Assembly: GCA_964016885.1 (NCBI GenBank)
Contig: OZ024742.1
Coordinates: forward strand, 160,270,001 to 160,334,000
From: Eledone cirrhosa
Lineage: Eukaryota
Direction of reading: 5' to 3'
Length of the DNA: 64,000 bases
Below, one piece after another: positions 12,381 through 27,900 of this stretch. The notes below the pieces were generated by a model. That model saw only the letters and a list, made by a program, of their open reading frames with translations, searched no databases and was not told the DNA's origin. Made by a program: the position numbers and the translations under genes. The first letter of the stretch is position 1. The number at the start of each line of letters is the position of its first letter.

Positions 12381-13424
12381 CCGACTCTTTAATAATTCTG
12401 CCCATTCACTAGCCCTGGAGTGTACTTTATTTATTGATCTCGAAAGGACGAAAGGCGAAATATCTCCGAAATGTGTAAATCATCCTGTCGAGAAATATTC
12501 CCCTTCCAAGCGATGTATCACAAGATTGAGTTAAACATATTGCCAAAATATAAAACTAGACGCCTGCTGATTACCACGATGGGTTTTACCCAGTCTATAC
12601 TATCTATTTTCAGCTGCCACTCCCTTGTAATGTATAATTGCTTTTCGTTTTTATTTTCTTATGTTACTTATGTAATGAATGTACATAAATGGAATGGAAT
12701 TTACTAATTTCATTAATATTTGGGGGGTTATTTTATCATTGAATTAACTTCTATATAATTGAATATGCCCTTCTATTTCTTTTTGCTTTTTTTTTTATAA
12801 ACGTTATTCTCCATGTGGTAAACGGAATATAGATAAACAGGAAACTGTATATTTAATAATCAGCTCTTTAACCAATTTAATTAAACTTTACATTGGTTTG
12901 AATTTCCAAGGCGTATTCCCTTTTGTCAGTAAATGCTGTACAATATGTTGGCTCTTATTCTAGTTTTCTTGGCGTTAAACTGTTGAAATATATCCATTCT
13001 TTTGTAAAAAAATCGCCAGTTAATTACAAGTATTGCCCATAGGGGAGATTTCAGCTCACCCCATTAACGATGCGCATTTACTTCAGTTGGCTCAACACTG
13101 AATGATCAAATTCAGATATAAGAAAGGGGTAAACGTAGTTGTGATGATTACGTACAGTGTGAGCCATAATTAGCTTGCTAACTTACGGTTAAGAAATGTG
13201 AATAAAAAAGAAATCATGTAATATTAAACTTTATTCCAAAAGTAATACATAAGCAATTTATGTAACTTTGTATAGTTAAATGCTCTTTGCATAGCTGATA
13301 CTATCTTTTAATGTTCAACATGCTGTAGGTTTGCTAGCACATCATCATTGCCATCATTGTTAATCAATCAGTAAGCTAATTATGACACAAAATTCTATCT
13401 CTGCGTTTTTCTCTTTTAATCTTC

Positions 13425-13497
<73 letters not shown>

Positions 13498-13548
13498 TTG
13501 GGTGTATATATATGTGTATGTATATATATACATATACAAACGTACATA

Positions 13549-13628
<80 letters not shown>

Positions 13629-14491
13629 AGTATGTATGTATTATGTGTGTATGTACGCAGGTAAATTCCTCTCCTGTTTCTTTGCCTTCTCCACCTTCTT
13701 CTTTTGTCGCTATCCTTCCCTCAATGTCCAAGAGTGACATTTGTCAAGTGTACTCCCTGTCGCCCCACTCGTAAACTTTCAATGACAACTAATAGTATCC
13801 AAATTATCTGCCAACCTCCAGAGAGCAGACATTTTCGTCACCTAAAAATGTACCACAAGAAATGTGTGTTCATTCTTAGCTCGATATGACTCTAAACGTC
13901 ATAACTTGTATTTTGATATCTCTACCACCAACCCACTGTCTACCACAAGTTTAATGCAGGTGTGGGATACAAACTCATATCTGGCTGCAATAAACGAACC
14001 AATTTCCATATGATTTCAATACATGACAGCTTATTTACATATTGAATGAAAGAAATAACAGAGAAACCAACGAAGCAGCCATTCTCTAGAAAATACTTGT
14101 GCATATCAAGCTGAAACAACAGGGGGCACCGTTGAGATTCTACCTCTTCACTATCTACATCTACCAATCTATCAATATCTCACTTTCCCTCGTTTTATAT
14201 ATATATATATATATATAAGCAGAAAGCCGACATAATATGTAAAATGTGCAACATACCAACGCAATAACAAAATCTTCCTATCATGCTGTCTATCTCTCTA
14301 TTTTTCTATATATATATATCTACCACACTATTCATCTCACCCTTTCGTGTATATACACACACACACTCACATATATACTTATATAAATATATATATATAT
14401 ATATGTAAAAGTTCTATTTAAATTGTTGGGATACAACAAGGAAATATTTTTATAACTGATATAAAGCACTCAACAAATATTTGGAGTAAAA

Positions 14492-15278
<787 letters not shown>

Positions 15279-15515
15279 TGTGTGTGTGTGTGTGTGTGTG
15301 CATGTGTGTGTATATATACATATATGTATGTATATATGGGTGGGTGAGTGCGTGTGCGTATGTCTATAATATCTGTTTTACAGAATATACACTAAATAAT
15401 CTCCATGAACAAAATACAATATAAATGGCCAAATTCGCCATATTTAAGATACTGTGTTGGCACACTAGTATGGAAGTAAGAAAGTCTGTATATATACATA
15501 TCTATATATAGTTAT

Positions 15516-15549
<34 letters not shown>

Positions 15550-15565
15550 TTACACACACACATAC

Positions 15566-15652
<87 letters not shown>

Positions 15653-16084
15653 TATATATACAGAGAAAAAGAAAGAAAGAGAGAGAGAGAGTTAAACACA
15701 CAAATCCTTTTACTGATACATGTCGTAATCGGTCATATTCCCCTTCTATACACCACCAAGAACCACCCGCCCCAGTCAAAAACTCATGGATATCTTTTTT
15801 TAGTATTTCCGCCTTGTTCTGGCTGAGCGTGTAGTAAAAAGCTTTATGAGAGCAGCAAGCCGCTCTCCCCAACTTGTACCCACACAAGTTAAAATGTATT
15901 GGTTTGCTAACTAACTGTCATGTAACGCTAGCCTTGATCTAAGCAAACACTCATTTAAAGTTTCCATTTGTACAGGTGTACTTACAGCCAACTCAGCTGT
16001 CGGCACACGTCTTGTCTGTTATTAAGACTGCACGTTGCGATCCTATATGACATCTAATACACGACAATTACAGCATTGTCGACA

Positions 16085-16430
16085 GTTTATTTTATATAGT
16101 TGCTGTACTTGTTGTTATTGTTGTTGTTGTCCTTTTTGTAAATACAGACCCATATTTTTTTTTATAACAGACACTTAAGACAAGCCAAGAAAGAAACATC
16201 TAAGAGAATACTTATTCTGCTAAAAATAATAGCGAAGTCTTCCTTAAATCACCCTACAAATTATTTTATATAGTTGTTGTACTTGTTATTGTCGTTGTTG
16301 TCTTTTTTTGTAAATACAGGCTCCTATCTTTTTTTATAACAAACACTTAAGACAAGCTAACAAAGAAACCCCTAAGAGACTACTTATTCTGCTAAAAATA
16401 ATAGTGAAGTCTTCCTTACATCACCCCACA
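16085..16430 (+). repeat. Diverged tandem duplication of about 175 bp
   Basis: TTATTTTATATAGTTG...GAAGTCTTCCTTA.ATCACCC.ACAAA occurs twice. Confidence 0.8.
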
Positions 16431-17209
16431 AATCCTCAAATATTTGTTGTCTTAAAAATGGACATATCGGATAGTGTTTCTGTTTGGGAAATAATGATTA
16501 ACGAAAAAAGAATGAGATGGTTACAGGTTGAACGTCATTATGATAAGGTCTAACCAGAAGATCAACAACAATAATAGCGACGACAAGAACAATTACAACA
16601 AAAACGACTGTAACAACAGATGTTTAAGAAAATTATCAGTAGAAATTTGATGCGTTCATATTATACGAAATATTATATGTGTACTGATACTAAAATGCAT
16701 ACGTGATGTGCATAGAATATTTTTTATCTGTAGGCACACATATATAACTTCACTTGCAGGCACTTATATAGAAATATAGGAATAAGTCTAGAATGATTAT
16801 TCCACATGCCTGTATGACAAATACCATTTTTAGCACCCAAAAGTTTCATGATCTCTTTCTCTGTTTCTTTATCCTATGCAAGCGTGGGCGCGCGCGCACA
16901 CACACACAGACACACGCATACACACACATACACACGCACATACACACAGACACAGACACACATTTTGTTTAAACCTGGCGGAGCCTACCTCCTCTTCAGA
17001 TCTGAATGATGTAGAGGAGGTGAAAAAGAGATATATAAAAGATAATCGATATGTTTTGGGCTGTTTCTGCAAAGCGGGATTTGAACTCAGAGGGCAGAGA
17101 ACCGGATGGAAAAATACAAAGTATTCTATCCGACGTTTTAACGACTCTGCTAATTTGCCGCTTAAACTTATGAATACGTATATCGAAATTAAAACAGATT
17201 TGTTTAAAC

Positions 17210-17951
17210 CAGAGGCGTGCAACAGGCGGCCCGCGGGCCACAATCCGGCCCGCCAGATCAGTCAGAGTGGATCGCGATGACCGTTTTTAATTTTTACTTT
17301 GTAGGCTTATTTAGAATATTTTTCGATATTTAGAATATTTCACTGATAGGGTTATGTGTTATAATTTCCTAGTTCCATGTTATGGAAAGAAGTTGTGGTG
17401 AATCTAAACTATAATAAGGAGCGCGGGACTGCGTAATGTTTATAATTTTTTATCCCATTAAGTTGGATTATTTTGAATAAATAATGAATGAATATTACAT
17501 AATTTATCTACTAAATTTCGTGCCTGTTCATTAAATATATTTAATTATTTATTTAAAGATTCACTTCTTTAAAATTTTCAAATGTCAACACTTCCGGTGG
17601 TGATCGCTTAAATAAACATTAATTTTCTGTCACTAATTTTCTCCTAATGCAGTTTATATATAATATCGTCTTTTTTAATGTATCATGGATTACGTTACTG
17701 ATTACATAAGACAGTGTAACGCAGTCTTCGTTCAATTTCTGTGTATATTGTCAATTACGATTTTATTTGATGTATCATATCTACATGTATATATACTTGC
17801 GTATAATATGAATATATACACTACACATGCTAGCAGAAAACCACGCGAAGGGTGGTTTTTCTGCTAGTAGTGCTTAATAAATATTAATGGCCCTAATAGT
17901 TGTTCCAATGTTCAAAAGTGGCACATCAATGGAATATGTTGCACACCCCTG
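17210..17951. mobile_element. hAT-superfamily non-autonomous element (MITE)
   Basis: TIRs CAGAGGCGTGCAAC and GTTGCACACCCCTG, a perfect 8-bp TSD GTTTAAAC, and subterminal GGCCCGC motifs. Confidence 0.85.
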
Positions 17952-18099
17952 GTTTAAACCATCATATTGTTCTATTATTTCCAAACGTCTATACGTTTCA
18001 AACGTCGCAGTGAAATGTACATGCGTGCAAGTGGAGATAATTTATGTATTTCTGGTTAATAAAAGAGACTTTAGCAAATAGTTGTTCTATCTAAATATA

Positions 18100-18545
18100 C
18101 TTTTTTTTTTTTTTTTAAAGCCATTTTATTCTCAAACAAAATACAAAAGAATTACAAATACATATTGAGCAGTATCTAAGAAAAACAAAACACACTATTA
18201 AAGGAAACTGAAAAGGAAGAAAAAATAAAGAAAAGGAAAAAGGAGAAAATGAAAATGAAAAGGAAAAAAAAAAGGAAAAGAAGAATCAAGCAATGAAAAA
18301 AAGAAAGAGGGCGAGGGGCAGTCACTACACTACAGTCCGAGCGGTACCTCAGCCGAGCCTCGCGGCAAAAGCGTTACCGCGGAGATTAGCCAGAGATGCC
18401 TACGGCAACAGCTACCCCATTTCACGAGGATCCCTCTTCATGCAGGCCGCTGCTTTTCCGACTTTACAGCGAAAATCAACAGTGCGGCGACCAAGGATGT
18501 CAGAGGTCTCGACGAAGACCGTTAAAAAGAGGAAGTGGTCAGTCT
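18100..18545 (-). mobile_element. 3' end of a poly(A)-tailed LINE-like retroelement
   Basis: A T-run near 18100 is a poly(A) tail on the minus strand, preceded by AATAAA. GC-rich decayed coding-like sequence lies upstream. Confidence 0.5.
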
Positions 18546-18728
18546 AGAAGTCTAAAGAATGTTATTGCCAATGGAGTGGAAATGTAGATCAGACAATGGG
18601 TTATACCGGTTAACCGAGTTTTGTGCTTGTTTGAATAATTAAGTGTTTCACACACAAACACACACTCATGTGCGTGTTTGTGTGTGTGCATATATATGTA
18701 TGTGTGTGTATAAATATATATATATGTG

Positions 18729-18756
<28 letters not shown>

Positions 18757-18761
<5 letters not shown>

Positions 18762-18994
18762 TAATAAGAGGAATTCCAACTTTGTCTGATTTACTCGTTT
18801 TATTTACAATCCTTTAAAATTTATAATGGTATTATAATGAAATAGTATGATAGAATATTAAATTCTAAGTGTTAATTAACACTTAGAATTTAATATTCTA
18901 TCATACTATTTCATTATAATACCATTATAAATTTTAAAGGATTGTAAATAAAACGAGTAAATCAGACAAAGTTGGAATTCCTCTTATTAATATA
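18757..18994. repeat. Spacerless palindrome of about 238 bp between (TA)n tracts
   Basis: Centred on GTGTTAAT|TAACAC (18875/18876). The arms appear to be exact reverse complements. Confidence 0.95.
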
Positions 18995-19102
18995 ATCTTC
19001 TATACACAATCATACACACCCGTGTATATTTATCTATATATATATATATATATATATATAAAGAATGAATAATAACAGGTAGACATCATAAAAAGGTAAT
19101 TT

Positions 19103-19226
19103 ATTCCGTGTGCTTACAAATGTTTCCACGGTGGTAATACAGCCTAGTTATGCTATGTGCAAATTTACAACTATTTGCAGAACTCAAATATCAAATGCTG
19201 TGACCACTGTATCATCAGAACAGAAT
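19103..19226 (-). ncRNA. Type I hammerhead ribozyme with a greatly extended stem II
   Basis: tgtt-CTGATGA-tacagtggt...(about 65 nt)...accaccgtg-GAAA-catttg-TA-agca, with a GUA triplet. A second copy lies at 51893-52004(-). Confidence 0.75.
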
Positions 19227-19822
19227 CCTATACCTAATATATATACATCATCTCTACTCTCAATATATACCTGTGACTTTGTTTAATTGGTGTATGTGTA
19301 AATATATATATATATATAAATATAAATTAGCGAGAATCATATTTCGGCTTAGGAATTAACGAAAAACAGCTTCCGCGATGTGTGGCAAGCGCTCGATGAT
19401 TCATATGAATCAGAGCTACAACATACGTTAAAGGCCAAACACACTGAGACGATGGTTAAACAAACATCCGCACAGCCAAAGAAACGACCAAGTAATTCGG
19501 GTCAAACAATAAAAATATATGTGATTGAAAATTTACCCGACCCCTGGAAGGTTGGTAAAATCCAGTATTTGGGTTTCTGCGACTCCTAAATCAAGTACTG
19601 TCCGCTTACATAAATAATGTTAGGCTTCTGGTAAGATGATTGAACAAGGAAGCCACTTTATCAACAGGTTTTAGTTCAGTTGCTAATTCAAAGTGTGACT
19701 ATTACTGACCCCACGTGGAGTTCAACAAGGGAGGCAACACTTATTTTAGGCGAATGAATTCAGTTGTGTATATATACGTATATATATACATATATACGTA
19801 TGTGTGTGTATAAATAAATATG

Positions 19823-19853
<31 letters not shown>

Positions 19854-20091
19854 ATATATATATACATATATATACATATATATATATATACATATATATA
19901 TACATATATATATATATACATACATATGTGTGTGTGTGTGTGATATATAACATAATTCCCAAGAGTGCTTCTTTCAGTAGCAAAAGCATTCGTTGAATTA
20001 CTCGCTTTAAACCCACTTCTGTGGTTTTGGTTGTTATTTTCGTTTAATATTTCGTGTTTGCCGTCGATAAAAAAAAATAATCATGTTTTTA

Positions 20092-20535
20092 CGATTTGAG
20101 TTCAAATACTACCGAGGTTAACTTTGCCTTTCATCCTTACGGGGTTGATAAAACAAAGTACCAGTAATACACTGGGATAATTGCTGCCCTTGTGCCAAAA
20201 GTAGAAACAATTATTAATAATAATAATTGTTTCTACTTTAGGCACAAGGCCAGCAATTATCCAGTACATTACTGGTACTTTATTTTATCGACCCCGTAAG
20301 GATGAAAGGTAAAGTTAACCTCGGCGGGATTTGAACTCAGACTGTAAAGGGACGTAACTATGCTGGGAAGCATTGCGTCCGACTCTCTACCGATACTGCC
20401 AATTAATGGTTTTTGATTTAGGCTCAAGGCCAACAATTTTGGGGGAAGGAGAAAGTCGATTAAATCGATCCTAGTGCGTTACTGGTACTTTATTTAATTA
20501 ACCCCGTAAGGATGAAAGGCAAAGTTAACCTCGGA
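20092..20535. mobile_element. Cluster of SINE copies: one plus copy tail-to-tail with minus copies
   Basis: SINE body at 20092-20215(+), 20225-20402(-) and 20408-20535(-). Confidence 0.85.
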
Positions 20536-21010
20536 TGATATTTTGATTATTATCATTTTAACCTACTTTGTAAATATTATAACTATATTGAAGATGGAGG
20601 TGAATAAGATGATGATGATGATGATGATGGTGGTGGTCAATGTGGTGGTGGTGGTGGCTGTGGTGGTGGAGGAGGCGGTGGAGATGGTGGTGGTTGTTCT
20701 GGCGGTGATGATGATGATGGTGATGATTGTGATAGTGATGATAATATTAATATTGCAGTTGACTAGATCGTTCAAGTGCGATTCTCACTGAGGACTGACA
20801 GCAACACATGGTGTCAGACACCAGACTGCCAGCCATGCCCCTGCCCACCCCTGTCCCTTCCCTTACAACAGACACCCTTCCTTTTCTCCTCATCTAATAC
20901 TCCTCCTCCATTTATTATTTTCATCACCACCACAACCACCACCACTACCACTACCACCATCATAACCACCACCACCACCACCCTCATCACCACCACCACC
21001 ACTACCACCA

Positions 21011-21049
<39 letters not shown>

Positions 21050-22153
21050 TTATTATTATTATCATTATTATATACTTGACGATCTTCTTTGTCATAAAGA
21101 CGCAGCTGTCAGAAAACAAAGCAAAACAAAAAAAAAGGAAAAAAAAAAAAAGCAGACAGGAAAGAAAACAATAACAACAACAATCCTATAAAAAATAATA
21201 TAACAAATATGAAATACAAATGGTAGAAAACATTAAAAGAGGCTGAAGATGACAAAACAAAAACAAAGACAAGAAAAAACTGCAAATCTAGATGTAAATT
21301 GAGGGGGGGGGAGCAGAGCGAAGGGGGGAAAAGAAGAGTAACAGGGTATTGTTTGTCTTAATGTTTTTGTTTGTTTGTTTGTTTTGTATGTTCTATAAAC
21401 CATCATTTGTCTTATACACACACACATACACACACATATATATATCGCTCCTACTCCTTATATATATATATAGACATATGCAAATAAATTTGTGTATGTT
21501 ATATATATATATTGTGTGTGTGCGTATAATAAATATACATTGTTGTCTCTGGTCGAGACGAAGCAAGAGTATATTTGAATTCATAAGAAAATGAGATAAC
21601 TGAACGCTAAAACATCCAAATGCCTTTCAATGTCAGCGACGGGCAAAAATGCCTTAGAGGACAGAGACCAACGGCCAATGGTCGACAGAGAGACAATCCA
21701 TGAGGGGGTGAGGGCAGGCAGACGAAATATAGAAAAGATTGAGAGAGGAGGAGGTGAAGGGGAAGTACATTGGCGCATAGAAGTGACTGGAAGAAGGAAA
21801 TAAAGAAAGGCGATGTACAAGACAAGTTCACACACATAGATACATCTTCCCCAAATATTTTACACATTTTCCATTCATGTTTTGTTTTTAGAAGAAAGGT
21901 CCGAGATGTTACAATGCTGTAGGCACGATTCAAATTATTTACTTTCAACTATGCAGCGCCATTCATGATTAATCTGAATATTCAGAATTATTGGATATCA
22001 TTATATGCATTCTTTAAAGAATTTTTTTTTTACCTTATATGTTAGTTATATCATTTGTACAGTTAATGTTTACACACACAAATACCTCTTATTTTAAAAA
22101 AAATATTTATTTTATATTTCACTCTTCTATACATAGCTTTCATATTTTTAGAT

Positions 22154-22429
22154 CACTCATGGGCCACCTGCGGCCCGCGAAGCTTTCTGGGTGGTTCGCC
22201 TAAGTCACCTAAGTGCTTTCTGATTTTTTACCCCAACTTTTCAGTCGTAATTTATATTTCTGTCATTTTTACGATCGAGGAAAACAACGTGTACGAATTC
22301 TGAAGAAAAAAAATCAAAACAACCTGAGTTACCGCCCTTTTTTTAATGTGGGCACGAATGTAAATTAGTGCTTGCGGCCCCACTGATGATGAGCAATTTC
22401 TCATGCGGCCTGCTTGTTGCCCATGTCTG
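22154..22429. mobile_element. hAT-like MITE
   Basis: Imperfect TIRs CACTCATGGGCCAC and GTTGCCCATGTCTG, near-identical 8-bp flanks TTTTAGAT and ATTTAGAT, and GCGGCCC motifs. Confidence 0.65.
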
Positions 22430-23040
22430 ATTTAGATGTTCTTTTAGCGTTTTGCATAAGTCGTTAATTTGGCAGAGTTGCTAGAGTTATGGATTAAATT
22501 GGCTCCGTTATTTCTCCCTCTGAGATTAAATTCGGCTGAGATCAACTTTACCTTTCATCCTTTTGGAGTAGATAAAAATGTGTACCAGTTCAGAGACAAT
22601 GGTGTTGTTGATGTTGGTTCCTGATCCGGCTCTGCGTATTTTGAGTTTACCGACTTAGTGTACCAGGATTTGCAACAGGCATATAGTATCAGAAATGGAA
22701 AAACCAACGGTAATATTGTCTCCTTAGTCCAATAAGACGACCCATACCTTTCTTTTCTTATACAGACACACACACATATACATATATATGTATTTATGTA
22801 TATAATATATGCACATACACATTCACACGCGCATACACACAGACACAAATATATATGTGTGTGTGATCTCCGTTTGTTTCGATGATGTGTGTCCAAGTTG
22901 ATTTGATTAACAGAACAGCTTGTTCGTGAAATTAACATGCAAATGGTTGAGCATCTCACAGACACGAGTACCCTCTCAAAGAGTTCAGCGGCTAGCTATT
23001 TGAAATACAGTTAGCTGAGAGAAGTAAAGTGAGATAAAGT

Positions 23041-23560
<520 letters not shown>

Positions 23561-23795
23561 GTTGTTCTGATTTTATAATTCCACAAATTTTTGCCAATAG
23601 AGAGAGTCGGTTTCTAACATAGACACAAGACTCTCTCATTGGAATTTACACAACATCAACTAGGTAGATATGTATCCATGTCTGCATGCATGCATGTGTA
23701 GATATGGATGTTATTGTATGTGTGGATGTGTATGTTTTGAGTTGTATGTGTGCATATGTATATGCTTAGTATGTGTACATGTGTATATGCAGTTA

Positions 23796-24915
23796 TTAGA
23801 TGCAAAAGTTTTGGAATGTTTTACATATTTTTACTGTTCCCTTAATGGATTGTACTTGTAATTTCCTAACTAGTTGTGTTCTTTCTGTTCCCGTGAAGCC
23901 GAGCTTCTCAATATTTGTATTGAGGCAGTTACTAACATACCCCAGTGCCCCAATAGTCACAGGCATACATCTGAAGGTGTAATCAGGGTGGAGTATCTGC
24001 AGATTTCTCATCAGTTGTGCATAAATATTCTCCTTTTCGCTAATCTTTGATATTATGTTGGCATCTGCTGGGCAGCTAACTTCCACTACTGTGCATGCTT
24101 TCTTTTCCCTATCCCATATTATAATATCTGGTCTGTTATGCCTGCATTTTATTGGGGTTTTTACTGGACCATTCCACCAGTACTCTTTCATATTATGTAT
24201 ATGGATGTCTTCCACATTGCTGTAGCTTTTAATGTGTTTATTATCAGGGCTATATTTCCTACGGATTGCATTGTACAGTGTTTTGGCCCCTACATCATGT
24301 CTCATACGTAGATAGTACCGCGATGACATCTTTGGACAGCTGCTGATGACATGGGAGGCATCTTCGGTGTTAATTCTGCAGAGTCTGAACTTGTTATCAC
24401 ATCTAGATGTTTTGCTTGCATCCCTATCTCTTTTGTGAATCATGTATTTAGTGTTAATTTCCTGTTCTTAGATTGCAAAAGCGTATCCTTCAAAGTGGGA
24501 GCCAATATAGCGGTTGTTAGTCCAAGATAGACTACTTTCCTTATCTATATTACTCTCACTCTGGAGCTTCCTGGCAACATATCCATGCATGATTTTTTGC
24601 TGATAAGCATGCAGTTTTTCATCCATGGATTCACTGCGATATTGCTGAGCGACATCTCTGGATGTGAGTTTTTGATTATCACACAGGGAATATCTCTCGA
24701 GGAGTTCCTTCCCAACTCTCATGATCTTATCTGTTTCATGCAAATAGACTTGCTCGAGAGACGGGCTCCTACGCTTCGAGGTTCATAGATGTTGTCGGAG
24801 GGATATGATGCGACATTCAAATGCTGTCTGGACTGATGTTAGGCCTCTGCCTCCCTGCTTACGTTTCAAGTAAAGGCAGTCTATGTCACTGTTGATGTGG
24901 AAGTTTCCGATGTTG
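23796..24915 (-). mobile_element. 5'-truncated R4/Dong-like non-LTR retrotransposon (RT thumb, zinc knuckle, restriction-like endonuclease), decayed
   Basis: Motifs LYLKRKQGGRGL, RLC...EDASHVISSC, RHD, HNRPDIIIWD...VEVSCP, EKENIY and PVTIGALG. Premature stops are present. Confidence 0.85.
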
Positions 24916-24990
24916 CTATGTATGTGTGTATGCATGTATGTATGTATATATGTATGTATGTATGTATATATATATATATATATATATATA

Positions 24991-27900
24991 GTAATAATAA
25001 TAAATTTCAAGACTAAAATCCAAAGAGGGCTCGATAAGGATAAATATATATCAAATATATAAGAACCGTAGAGCAAATATTTATTTAAATAACAGATTAA
25101 AGTTTAAGCAAAGAGTCGCTGCTTTCACCCTTAACGGGATCTTCTGAAACTAACAAAGTCAATCTGTAAACGCAGAAGTGGATATTTTAAAAAACGTTGC
25201 AACCGGAGGAAGACAGGAAGACGATACTTTGGTTCGTGGCAACGTTCGCTGGCAAAGAACGGGAAAAAACGAATATAATACGTCATTAATAGGAGCGGTG
25301 AAAAGCAATTACGCGCAAAGACAGAACCACGTTTATGGTATAAAAGAGGTCGTAGACTAATGTTCTCTTAGGTGGTTCATAGAGACGTTCTCTGGCAATG
25401 AACGAAAAAAAAAACGAAGATGTGGAGCGTGGAGAACAATAGCACGCAAAGACAAAACCACGTAAATGGTATAGCAGAAGTCGTAGACTAAAATTCTAAC
25501 TAGAAGACCGAATGAATCTCCGCTACAGAGTTAAGAACAAAGTAAATAAATACAATACAGAAGTAATAGAAATAAATAAATACATACACGCAAACAAATA
25601 CGTACATACACAAGCATACGCAAAACACTTACCATAGGTATACAAAACCACGCACATATAAATATGTGTGTGTATGCGTGTATACAAATAAATAAATAAA
25701 TAATTATATAAACGTATATAAATAAATAAATACGTATATAACAAGCGCACACACATACCTACATGTAAATACACGAATGTTCGGAGACGTAAGTCAACCA
25801 AAACATGAAGTACACATATACACGCACCCTACATACGTACGAACCTGCATACTCAAAAAGACGCAAAACACCCGTATACCATATGTACCAGAATAATAAA
25901 AAAAAATTTTACGCCATAACATAAACAATCAAATATACGTACGAGAAGGTATACGTACCTTCACGAAACATACAGGTAATATATACTTAATTATGCAAAT
26001 AAGTAATGGTATAAACAAAACATATACTTAGCTCCCACATCAAGACGTAAAATATCCACGTATAGATCGTACTATCCATTAGGGTATAACGTGGGGCTGT
26101 AATACAGGAAAGTTTTGTGCAATTTATGTTTACAAGCCGAAATTGCCTCAGATTTTTTGTTTAAGATGTGGTCTGTGGCGTAGAGTATTTCCAGGGCCTC
26201 AGCGGCGCAGAGGTCACATGGTCTTTTATTTCCGTTATACGATCTAGCCCTAGCTAGGATCGCCCAGTGTAACTTATATTGGGTGTGGTTGTCTTTTAGA
26301 CTCCAGATATAAGCTGAAAGTGACGTCATATTCCTTCTTAGAGGGTAACGAAAAGAATGGCTATGCGTGTAAAGACGCTGCTTGAATCTATTGGCGGTTA
26401 ACCCTATGTAGGCCCTACGGGACGTGGGTGTTACAACCTTACATTTGTAGACAATGTTACTAGAGAGGCATTTCCCGGATAGGGGCAATCAACCCGATTC
26501 CTACAATTACAGTTAGTACTAACTACAGGGTTGCATGTGTTCCTACGGCTAGGTAGTTTAGCTAAATTTGAAGCTGTGATGTTATGTGCAAGGTTAGGAG
26601 TCGTAGAGTAAGAAATTTTAATAGTATTTCTATTAAAAATTTTACTATATTTATGTGTAGGGGGAAAATGCTTCGTAATAAGGGAAAGAAAGATCTTAGC
26701 TAATGGTGTGACCACCTCCATATTATATGGTGGGTTATACCAACAAATGCGACGGGATCTATTTCTTCTAGGTCTATTTTCGTACTCTGTATATGCTACC
26801 TTATCGACAAATCCACTTCGAGCAAGAGCTTCATTGTAATAAGTGGAATGGTCGTTGAAAATACGCTCGTTGGTGGAAAGACGGGAAAGCCTCAACGAAA
26901 CGTTTCTTACCAGGTTCTTGGTTATGCTGGCAGGATGGTTGGAATGCTTACTTATGTAATTAAGCGTATCATTCGGCTTTCTATACGGGTAATACAACCC
27001 ATTCAATAAATTGAGGGTAACGTCAAGGTAATTAACGACCGAGAGATTGGCCTCAATCTGTATAGAGAGGTTGAAGCCTTTAAAGAAGGCTGTGAGTTCT
27101 TTTCTGAACCTGTCGCAAGCACGAGGTCCGCACTTAGTCATGGTCAAAAGACCATCGTCACGGTACAAACCACCGCCCGCGTTGGGGAAATCGTCCTTGA
27201 TAGAGAAAAGAAGGAAAAGGCCGATAAGATCAGTAACCTCTGCAGAATCACTGGCGCCCATGCTCACGTCGAATGGGGTACTATTGGATTTTTTGATCCA
27301 AATAGAGTCGTCGAAATTAATCACCAACTTTCAGGCATTGAGGATATCAACTTCGAAATCCTTAACCACTGAGAGTGTTTTAGCGAAATTGATAGCTCTA
27401 AGGAGAAGTGGTAACGTGATGGAGGAGTAGTAATTGTTGATGTCGAATTGGATAAAACGGCAATGTTCCTTGTTACATATGCCGTTGAACCAATCAATCA
27501 CCGCGAAAGAATTGTTCTACAGTGCAAGAGGGGCAAAACTTCTAATTTCAGGTATAATTCTATCAAGAATCGTTTTACTAAGTCTACCTAAATCGGACTT
27601 CGTAGGGTTAATAAGCCGAATAGAGGGGTTGTTCGGAAAATTGGATTTGTGATCCTTCAGGTTAAAGTGGGGAATAATAGGGTCCAGAGGTTCGGTCCGG
27701 TCCAGATTGTTGAGATCAGATGTGATTTTAAACCCAGCATCGTTGATTTCATTGATGACGCACCGATTAGTTTTACGGTAATCCTTAGTTACAGCATTAT
27801 GTAGTAGTTGATGGTAAGTACTGCGCTCCACTTGATATAGGTTGCCAGTTTTGTCGGAATGGACGTGCACGGCATTAGAATCCTTAATAGAACGAATTCT

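Noticed and set aside
25110-25155. HHR-like CAGAAGA-tccc-gttaa-gggt-GAAA on the minus strand at the PLE 3' end
   Set aside because: The core U4 is altered and there is no convincing UH or stem I. The position is suggestive, but it cannot be supported without a family consensus.
27331-27333. In-frame TGA in the Naiad ORF as a possible selenocysteine
   Set aside because: It falls where Arg is expected (ILNA*K versus the usual I..ARK), consistent with CGA-to-TGA decay. The ORF also has a TAG stop and a frameshift.
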